Below the pieces are notes generated by a model, which saw nothing but the letters and a program-made list of their open reading frames with translations, searched no databases and was not told the origin of the DNA. A stretch of DNA of 20,000 nt, taken from contig MU061538.1 of assembly GCA_013265495.1 (NCBI GenBank), positions 1,547,488-1,567,487 of the forward strand. The letters are read 5' to 3'. Of this stretch, positions 1 to 8,590 are shown in pieces. Within the stretch, counting starts at the first letter, position 1. The number at the start of each line of letters is the position of its first letter. The position numbers and the translations under genes are program-made. Source of the stretch: Vicugna vicugna. Lineage: Eukaryota.

Positions 1-984
1 ACGGCGGCCAGGACAAGCCCTGTCCCCGTCCTCACACGCCAAAGCGGGGCGTGTCCCCGCTCACCCCCATTTCCCCGTTGCTCCTGGTGTATTTGCCACC
101 CCCATGTATATTTGAGACCCCGGTGGACAGAGGCGCCCAGGGCAGGCACGCCTCGTTCTGGAGCTGCAGCCTTCCTGCAGAGCGCCGAGCGGCCCAGCCC
201 CACGGCACCGGAAGGTCCGCCAGGCCAAGGCCCTGCACATCTTCAGACCGAAAACATTCCCCGGCGGGGAGCCCCTGCGGCCACAACCAGCCAACGAAGA
301 GCTGAAACAAGCTTCTCAGACCTGCCTGGTGGGAGCACGGGCCCCCGGGCACTGGGGGTGGGGAGGCACGAGGAGAGAGTCCAGGTGCAGGGTGGCCCAG
401 GGTGAGGGGCTCCGCCTGAGAAGGAGCCAGGTGGGCCGCAGCGGGTCCCTGGCCGACAGCAGTGCGGAGGGGCAGGGAGGAGAGAGCCCCCCCCCAGGGC
501 GCCCCCGGCCTGGAGCTCGGGGCTGAGAGCTTCACAGGGAGCCCACATTAAGCATGCATTAGAGTTCCTGCTCTCAAGAAATCAGTTGATTTCCCTTCTG
601 TTTGAGTCAATCAGAGACACCCACAAATGGCAGTCTGCAAGCCGGCCTGGCTCCCTGCCCAGCAGTCACTCATCTGCCTCCTGATCCACAGCCGCTCACC
701 GCCTGTGCTCGAGTGCGCGGCTCTGGCCCTGAGAGCCGTGTTTATCTCGCACACACTCCCTCCAGCGTGCCTCCGCCGGGCTGCGGGCCACACTCGCTGG
801 TGCTGCTGGTCCCCACACCCATCCTTTACTGCCTGTCCATCCAGGGAGGTGCCAGTCTGAGGGCAGAATTGGGAAGGCAGTGGGGTAACCTCCCTTCTCT
901 CTCCATGGGCTGCTGATCACAGCTCTTTCCACGGCGAGGGCCTGGGGCACAGCCCTGCTCAGTTCCACACTATCCAGTCCAACA

Positions 985-1701
985 ACTGCACACCTGTACT
1001 GTCTACACCCGCACTGTCCACACCCGCACTGCCCACACCTGCAGTGGGTCCACACCTGCCCTGCCCACACCCACACGGTACGTACCTGCACTGCCCACAC
1101 TTGCAGTGGGGTCACACCTACACCACCCACACCCGCACTGCCCACACCTGCAGTGGGGCCACACCTGCACCACCCACACCGCCCACACCTGCAGTGGGTC
1201 CACACCTGCACTGCCTACACCCGCACAGTCCACACCCGCACTGCCCACACCTGCAGTGGGGCCACACCTGCCCTGCCCACACCCACACGGTACGTACCTG
1301 CACCGCCCACACCTGCACTGTCCACACCCACACCGCCCACACCTGCAGTGGGGCCACACCTGCCCTGCCCACACCCACACGGTACGTACCTGCACTGCCC
1401 ACACTTGCAGTGGGGTCACACCTACACCACCCACACCTGTACTGTCCACACCTGCCCTGCCCACACCCACACGGTACGTACCTGCACTGCCCACACCTGC
1501 AGTGGGGCCACACCTGCCCTGCCCACACCCGCACAGTCCACACCTGCACCTGGAATTACTCTGGAGGAGCTTACAGTTTTATTCAGAACACCTGCAGTGG
1601 GTCCACACCTGCACCACCCACACCGCCCACACCTGCAGTGGGTCCACACCTGCCCTGCCTACACCTGCACAGTCCACACCTGCACTGTCCACACCTGCAC
1701 C
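985..1701. repeat. Minisatellite/VNTR with ~15-bp basic unit CACACCTGCACTGCC, 17-bp variants CACACCTGCAGTGGG(G/T)C and higher-order blocks
   Basis: Tandem CACACC-anchored units are directly visible. The marker GGTACGTACC recurs at 1077, 1289, 1381 and 1473 (spacings 212, 92, 92). The + strand is C/A-rich. Confidence 0.95.
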
Positions 1702-1794
1702 TGGAATTACTCTGGAAGAGCTTACAGTTTTATTCAGAATATTAAAGTTTCACCTGTAGATCCTGACTCTTGGAGTTCTTTATAATTCCTGTAC

Positions 1795-2048
1795 TGAGAA
1801 TGGTTTTTATATTTTTAAATGGTTGAAAAAAATCAAATGAAGGGAAATACTTCATGACACATAAAAATTATATGAAACTCAATTATCAGGGTCTATAAGT
1901 AAAGTTTAACTGTGACAGAGCCCTGAGTGTACCCTAGTGAGTGTGTCTGGCTGCTTGGCCGGACGGTGGCAGAATCGAGTGGCTGTGACGGAGACCACAG
2001 GTCCACGAGCTCAAAATACTTCAGTGTCCTTTACAAACAAGGCCCCTG
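1795..2048 (+). mobile_element. MER58B-like hAT-Charlie non-autonomous DNA transposon, 5' part missing
   Basis: AGAATGGTTTTTATATTTTTAAATGGTTGAAAAAAATCAAA...AAAATTATATGAAACTCAA...GGCAGAATCGAGTGGCTGTGACGGAGACC...CCTTTACA...CCCCTG follows the MER58B consensus as recalled and ends in a TIR-like CCCCTG. Confidence 0.8.
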
Positions 2049-2094
2049 ATACAGACTCTGAAGTTCATGGAGACAAAGGTGCGATGTTCTAGCC

Positions 2095-2150
2095 AACACA
2101 CATCCCTGGCATCAGTGAGCGCTTTCAGGATGACGGATGAATGAACTGAA
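2095..2150 (+). mobile_element. Possible L2/MIR 3'-tail remnant
   Basis: CCTGGCATCAGTGAGCGCT...GGATGAATGAACTGAA resembles the L2 3' end (CCTGGCACATAGTAGGCGCTC...TGAATGAATGAA). It is short and diverged. Confidence 0.3.
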
Positions 2151-2867
2151 CAACCTTAAACTTCTCTAGGAGAGTGTTTTACACACCAGGGGATTCCTGT
2201 GATCCATCTGTAGGCTTTTCCTTCAGTTTATCTTAATAGTTTTTCCCTTAGTGGTTCCATAACCAAAAGGCCCAGGATGGTCCCTCCTCCTCCAGGAAGC
2301 CGCCCTGGGCTCCTGTCTTTCGTGGTTCTCTGCCCTCCCAATTCTGTGCTGGCCTCAGCGCCTTGGATTTCTGAGCAGAGCCTCTCCTGACATCTCCACA
2401 TGGGCTCGTTGCCTTGTAGAAGGTTCTTTGATTTGGGACACCCTAAGACCCTGTGTCTCCTCCCCGGGCAAAGCCTGGGGAATCTGTGCATGACAGGAAC
2501 GATCTCCCTTCCTTGTGTCTCCTCCCCTTCCGTTGAGTGGACCCCTTCACTCTGCAGCCACAGACGGCATCATGATGCTGTGCTCTGGCATCAAAACTCT
2601 TGAACTTCCTGCACAACTTAGAGTAGTGGTCTTTAGCTGTCCTTGCCGGGTCCTTCCTGTCAGGGTGCGAGTGCCTGTCTTTGGCTGTTTAGTTTTACCC
2701 CAGGATTGTGTCTTGCTAGCCAACTTGGACACCTTTCTAGACAAGGATTCTAAACATCTGTGGGGATGGCGTTCACAGGTGCCTCTGGGATACAGATGGT
2801 GAGATGGTGACTTTGCGGCGGTCTCCAAACACATAATACGCAACAGGTAACACCCAGCACGTGACCG

Positions 2868-2990
2868 AGCGTGGGTCAGAGTTTAGCCCCGCCACTTACT
2901 CCCTGTGAGTCCTAAACAGGAAAAAAATGCCAGCTTCTTTGAATTAGAATAAGAACTGCATGGGAGGATGGACGCAAAGTGCCTAAGTCC
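2868..2990 (+). mobile_element. Possible MIR SINE remnant
   Basis: GCCACTTACTCCCTGTGAGTCCT resembles MIR GCCACTTACTAGCTGTGTGACCTT, and CAAAGTGCCTAAG downstream resembles MIR TAAAGCGCTTAG. Confidence 0.35.
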
Positions 2991-3702
2991 CAGCTGGTGG
3001 TGAGTGTGCAGGGAACGTTCCCCGCTCTGGGGCTCCGCAGAGCAGGAAGAGGTCTTCACTTTCTGTTGCATCCTTGCAGCTGCCGGCACAGGGTTGCATG
3101 ATGCAAGGACTGTTGTCCAGTGAGAATCGGTGATGCACAGAGAGGTAGCTCTTCCCTGGGGATCTGCTGGTCGCTGGTCTGCAATGAGCAGACAGTAGAA
3201 ATAGGGTTGCTGGACTTCGTGACTGAAAGACTAAAAACGGAGAGTCTCCAGTGAAATCTGAATTTCAAATCAACAATGAATACTTTTTTAGTATAAGCCG
3301 ATCCCATGTGATATTTACCTGGAAACCCTCAATGGAAGGGACTTCAGCGTCACATTCGTGGGTTAATAAAGGCAGAGATGGGGGGGGGTCTGTCTTTCTT
3401 CCCATCAGAAAGGCTTGAGAGATGATAGCCTACCAGGTCGATCGCAGTCCATGATTCACCCCTCTTCATGTGGATTTGCTGCAGACTGTTGACCTAGATC
3501 CAAAGCATCTGATCCCCAGGAAGACGTGGGGATGCCCCTGAGGCTGAAGACAGGCTGTGACGCCAGGTCCACCTGCCGTACAGTCTTGATTCCCTGGAGC
3601 GATTCCATCGGAAGCTAGAAAGCGCATATGCTGCTCCTTCAAGGCATTTGAAGGTAGATTGAACGTAATTTGAGGTGTCATTTTTCTTCCTCAAATTTGA
3701 GA

Positions 3703-3774
3703 CATCTTATCAACACGATAAGAACATTTCTTATCACCTGTCTGATCTGATGTGAACTTATTGCATCTTATCAA
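3703..3774. promoter_or_regulatory. Homotypic GATA-site cluster (candidate enhancer)
   Basis: TCTTATCA at 3705-3712, 3729-3736 and 3766-3773, plus GATAAGA at 3717-3723: four GATAAGA cores in about 70 bp. Confidence 0.5.
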
Positions 3775-4427
3775 AAGGTTTCTAAGCCTTTGTGTAAGCA
3801 AATGTCACAGCCTGGCGCTCCTCAGGTTGTGCTTCAAGGAGAACTTCTGAAAACCAAGTTCTCTTCCTCCCTTGCTGACAAATGAGGCCTTTCTCATTCT
3901 CCTAGTGGTTCTTAAGTCTTCCCAGCCAATCAGCAAAATACTTGTTTTTATTATTTATCACCCTCCATGTTGTTTCTCACACTGCTCTGTAGGCAGCCCA
4001 GCTGTTCAGAGAGACCACAACCAGGTACGAGGTGTGACGAGCCCGGGAGCCCTTTCCTGGTGACAAGGTCCCCGCTAAGTGCCTCTAAAGCTGCTCGTGC
4101 TGCGAAACGTATGTCAGCACGACCTCAAACACTTTTTATGAAGGACTGGCAGCAAGACATTAAAAATGGCAAAAGTGCCTTCAGTCTACAAAAGGATAAT
4201 CTCCTGAGGTCATTTGCTGCACAATCAAGCAAACACTGCCCAGACCGGGCCACCCAGTGGCAGCCAGCCTGGGGGCAGGAGGACAGCTGCTTCCTGATAG
4301 GCTGTCGCCGATCCATGCGTCACCTCCTCTCCCTTCAGCAGAGGGGGCTCTCATGACCCCCAGTGCAGGAAGGATGTGCAGCACGTCCCCTTCATGTGGG
4401 GAGAAGCCGACCAACATGCTGTATTTT

Positions 4428-5009
4428 ATTTTATTTCATTTTTTCTTTTCATATTCTTTTTCATTGTAAGTTTACTACAGACATTGAATATAGTTCCCTG
4501 TGCTGCACAGAAGAAACTTGCTGCTTATCTGTTTTATATCTAGGAGTGTGTATCTGTGAATCTTCAACTCCCAATTCATCCCTTCTTAGCCCCTTCCCCC
4601 CCAGCAAGCATACATTCGTTTACCATGTCTCTGAGTCTATTTCTGTTTTGTAGGTAAGTTCAGTAGTGTCTTCTTTTTCCTTTTTTTTTTAGATTCCACA
4701 TATAAGTGATATCATATGGCATTTTTCTTTCTGTTTCTGGCTTACTTCACTTAGAATGACAATCTCCAGGTCCATCCATGTTGCTGCAAATGGCATTATT
4801 TTATTCTTTTTATGGCTGAGTAGTACTCCATTGTGTAAATATACCGCAGCTTCTCTATTCAGTCCTCTGTCAGTGGACATTTAGTTGCTTTCATGTCGTG
4901 GCTATTGTATATAGCGCTGCTGTGAGCACTGGGGTGCAGGTGTCTTTTTTGAATTACAGTTCCCTCGGTTATCTGCCCAAAAGTAGGATTGCTGGATCAC
5001 AGGGTAATG
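4428..5009 (-). mobile_element. 5'-truncated LINE-1 (ORF2 end plus 3' UTR), artiodactyl-type
   Basis: ORF 4689..4880(-) encodes KKNKIMPFAATWMDLEIVILSEVSQKQKEKCHMISLICG, the typical L1 ORF2 C-terminus. A T-rich tail lies at the left end. Candidate diverged TSDs are 4413-4427 and 5010-5024. Confidence 0.93.
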
Positions 5010-5595
5010 AACACACCGTGTTTTAGAAGTTGAAGTACCTCCATTAGTCAGTCCATAAGAACTGCTTTAAAAAGCTAGAGACAGAAAGAGAAGTAAGGAT
5101 ACAGTGCTTTGCAGTTTGGAAATCTGAGTCTCCCTCTGTCCCAATCAAATGCCAAGAAACAGTTGTGCCAGTGCCATCCTCAGGCCAGCCAGCAGGGCTG
5201 TTACTCCTCTGCTCAGCATGGCGGGAGGAGAGACACAAGCCTGCAGGACGCAGTGGCATGCGGGGCACACCACCAGCCCGGGCAGCTGAGAGCAGGGACA
5301 GCGAGTGCGCAGGAGGGACAGGCAGCGTTGCCAGAGCGGCGGGGACAGCGGCCCTCTGGCATGGCCCTGTTTCTATGCAGGGTGGGCAGATCCGCTAAGC
5401 AATAGTCTCTCTTGTTAAGTTTATGTGAATAAGAAAGTTAAGTCTCCGGGAGAGGCGGAGGGGGCCGCTCATTCTGGATGGACAGGTCGTGGTGTTTCAG
5501 TCTGCGGAGTATTTGGGGGCTGGATGCCGACATCGTGGTCCCTCCAGAACAGCTGATGCAGACGCCCCCAAAGCTGCAGTAGCTCATGGCAGTGA

Positions 5596-5755
5596 TTTTT
5601 AAAGGTTTTAAATTTACAGTAAAAAAAAAAAAGCATATAATATTTATCACCTGAACCATTTGTAAGTGTACAGTTCACAGTGTCCAGTATATTCACACTG
5701 TTCTGAAACAGAGCTCCAGAATTTTTTCGTCTTGCAAATCTAAAACTGCACACCC
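5596..5755 (-). mobile_element. Old L1 (L1MA/L1MB-type) 3' UTR fragment
   Basis: AACCATTTGTAAGTGTACAGTTCA...TATATTCACACTGTT...CTCCAGAATTTTTTCGTCTTGCAAATCTAAAACT matches the antisense L1M 3' terminus as recalled. Confidence 0.75.
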
Positions 5756-6099
5756 TCTTTCCACTGCCCGAGTAGTGGGCGAGGAGACATCTGAGGAAGC
5801 TGAGGCTGGGGTCTCAACCAGGCTAAATGAGTCAGACACTGTCAGCACGGAGTGGGGGCAGTCCCCTGGGTGTTTCTTGCTATGAAGTCAGAACGGAGAA
5901 TCCCGTTATAGAATCTGGGAGCACGGAAAGTGTAACATCAAATCAGAGAGGAGCACTTTGGCTGCAGGAGAGGAATTTTGCTTTGCTCAAGGGCTTTCTC
6001 CAGGTGGCTCTACCGCATGACCCTTGGAGGAAGTGACCTTGGAATTCAAAGTGGTGGGACTCTCCAAACAGAGAATCAGGAGGAGGGCGGGCATGGGAT

Positions 6100-6270
6100 C
6101 CGACTCTTCAGGACGGGAAGGTGCTCTGCGGGGAAGGATGCGGCGGAGTCGCCGGGGCCGTGGGCGCGGGTGCATCTGTTTTACGAGGTAAAGAGACGAC
6201 TCGATCGCTGTAAGCTCAACGCGCTTGCGGCGCGCGTCTGACTGCCGCCGCTGACCGTGAGGCCACGGGT
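6100..6270. promoter_or_regulatory. Small CpG-rich patch
   Basis: Dense CpG (GCGGCGGAGTCGCCGG, ACGCGCTTGCGGCGCGCGTC), and TTTTACGAG at 6179-6187. Confidence 0.3.
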
Positions 6271-6375
6271 GTGTGCCTGAGCTCCCCCACCTCAGCTCCT
6301 CCTCTGCTGGATTCCTGGATTAAATGAGATAATAAAAGGTAATACAATAATGTAGTGTTGTAAATTGTAAAACCT
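6245..6375 (+). mobile_element. MIR SINE remnant with internal deletion
   Basis: CCTCAGCTCCTCCTCTG resembles MIR CCTCAGTTTCCTCATCTG, and GGATTAAATGAGATAAT (6317-6333) matches the MIR core 3' segment. Confidence 0.65.
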
Positions 6376-6948
6376 GCATGAAACGGCACTCTGTCTACTT
6401 CCGTGGGAGATATCCATTGTTTAACTCTGCCATTGACCTGCTGGTCCAGCACCCCTCCCTAGCCACACCAAGCACATGGCGTCCTGATGAAAAAGGGGCA
6501 TGGGGAGATCCACAGCCCCTGAAGATGTCCCCCCACCGTCCACCCATGTGAAAGCAACCCGAGAGCATCCAGATCTCAGGAAGCCGAGCAGGGACTCAGC
6601 AAAGCAGTGAAGATGTGCACACGCGTGGGTTCTCCTCCACAGAGGCCTGGGGGGACCTGGGAGCAGCAGACACAGAGGCCACTCCAACGCCACGGTTCTC
6701 TTCCTGGTGGTGAAACGTGGAGGGGAGGGCAGGTCACACCAAGTTCTTGGCACAGCAGGAAACCCCTGCCTGTGATGCAGAACGTAAACCAATGATCCTG
6801 TGGGACCTCAGTGTCCTGACCATTTTTCTGGAACTCATTGTGATATCCTGTCTTTTTTCTCTCTGGAACTCCCAGCCACGTGCCCTTTTCCTCCCAGGGG
6901 TGTTAAACTCTGGTCTCTTTGAATCTTTCTCCACAAAAAGGTGATACT

Positions 6949-7577
6949 TGACCCAGCAATTCCACTCCTGGGCATGTATCTGGAAAAAAAAAACACTAAT
7001 TCATGAAGATATGTGCACCTCAATGTTCACAGCAGCATTGTTTACAACAGCCAAGACATGGAAACATCCTAAACGTCCATCAACAGAGGACTGGGTAAAG
7101 AAGCTGTGGTGCATGTACATGGTGGAATACTACTCAGCCATGAAAAAGAATGAAAATTTGCCATTTGAAACAGCATGGATAGACTTGGAAGGTATTATAC
7201 TAAGTGAAATAAGTCAGATGGAGAAAGACATATATGTGTGATATCACTTATGTGTGGAATCTAAAAATACAACAAACTAGTTAATGAATATAACAGAACA
7301 GAAGCAGACTCCCAGATACAGAGAACAAACTAGTGGTTACCAGTGAGGAGAGGAAAGAGGGAGGGGCAAGGCAAGGGTCAGGGATTAAGGGGTACAAGCT
7401 CTTATGTGTAAGATAAACTACAAGAGTATATTATATGCTACAACACAGGGCATAGAGCCAACATTTTGTAACAACTGTAAATGTAAACTTCAAAATCATG
7501 AATCACTGTGTGGCACACCTGTAACTGAGAAACATTATGTACAGCAACTATACTTCGATAAAGGAAAAAAAAAGAAA
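6949..7577 (+). mobile_element. 5'-truncated LINE-1 (ORF2 end, 3' UTR, polyA)
   Basis: ORF 6948..7241 encodes CTSMFTAALFTTAKTWKHPKRPSTEDWVKKLW...YYSAMKKNE...LSEISQ. An A-rich tail lies at 7561-7577. TSDs are AAAAAGGTGATACT (6935-6948) and AAGAAGGTGATACT (7600-7613). Confidence 0.95.
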
Positions 7578-7692
7578 CCATAATGGGATTAGAACGGGAA
7601 AGAAGGTGATACTGTTAACAGGTTGTGATAGTATCACTTTGGGGATTCACAGTCTAAGCAGGAAGTTCTTACGCTAAAGGAGTCAAGTTTTT

Positions 7693-8121
7693 AATGAAAG
7701 TATAGTTGCTTTACAGTGTTTCCGGTGCACAGCAAAGTGACTCCGTTATAAATATATATATATATTTTTTTTTCTTTTTCAGATTCTTTTCCGTTATAAG
7801 TTGTTGTATTACAGGGTATTGGATACCGTGCCCTGTGCTGTATGGTAGGTCCTCGCTGTTTATTTAATTTTATGCACGGTAGTGTGTGTATCTGCTAATC
7901 CAGACTCCTGACTTACCCTGCCACCCTCTTCCCCTTTGGTAACCATAAGTTAGTTTTCTGCGTCTGTGAGTCTGTTTCTGTTTTGTGAGTTAGTTCTTTT
8001 GTGTTTATTTATAAGTGATGTCATGTGGTGTTTGTCTTTCTCTGACTTACTTCACTTAATATGATAACCTGTAGGTCCATCCATGTTGCTGCAAATGGCG
8101 TTATTTCATTTTGTTTATAGC
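7693..8121 (-). mobile_element. 5'-truncated LINE-1 3' end
   Basis: The minus strand encodes NEITPFAATWMDLQVIILSEVSQRKT, followed by a 3' UTR with a (TA)n run. Candidate TSDs 7677-7692 and 8122-8137 match at 12/16 and sit at a TT|AAAA site. Confidence 0.92.
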
Positions 8122-8164
8122 AAGAAATGAAGCTTTTAAAACCAGCGAGGCAGTAGCAAGCAGG

Positions 8165-8590
8165 CAGATGTGAATCCGAGGGCCAGGCGGGCCGCCCAGG
8201 GCTCCGAGCCGGCGTGCCCGTTAGCGAGGGCCAGGCCGGCCGCGTAGGGGACGCGCAGCGAGGGGCCGGCGCAGTCCGCCCGTGCGAGGGGCCGCTCCGC
8301 CCACGCCCTGCGCCGTGGGTGGGACTGGCCGCTGCTGGCGCGCCCGCGACCTTCGCTTTTGACTCGGAGCTATAGGATGCCCTGTGACCTTCAGCTTTCT
8401 CTTCGGGGAGTCGGACGTGGCGGAGCTGGGACGACCAGATGTGGCCCAAGACCCCCAGAGGCTGCTGCGGGTCTCCACCCCCAGGCCTGGTGTCCCAGGA
8501 CGCCGCTGGGCTTTGCCCCCACCCGCACCTCAGGGAGATCCCTTCTGCTGGGTCGCCCGCGGTCGCCACCTGCACACACACTCTCATTCC
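8165..8590. promoter_or_regulatory. CpG island-like region with SP/KLF boxes
   Basis: Very high GC and CpG density, CCGCCC/CCACGCCC motifs at 8274-8308, and repeated CGAGGG(G)CC motifs. Confidence 0.55.

Noticed and set aside
985..1739. CRISPR-like appearance (repeats with an inserted unique segment)
   Set aside because: The context is mammalian, the units are tandem without unique spacers, the insert is a copy of the adjacent flank, and there are no cas genes.
696..1785. Overlapping 140-230 aa His/Cys/Pro/Thr-rich ORFs on both strands
   Set aside because: They are translations of the minisatellite, which lacks stop codons in most frames; there is no coding signal.
8021..8587. 188-aa minus-strand ORF
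   Set aside because: CpG-island read-through that ends in L1 ORF2 remnant residues; not a credible gene.
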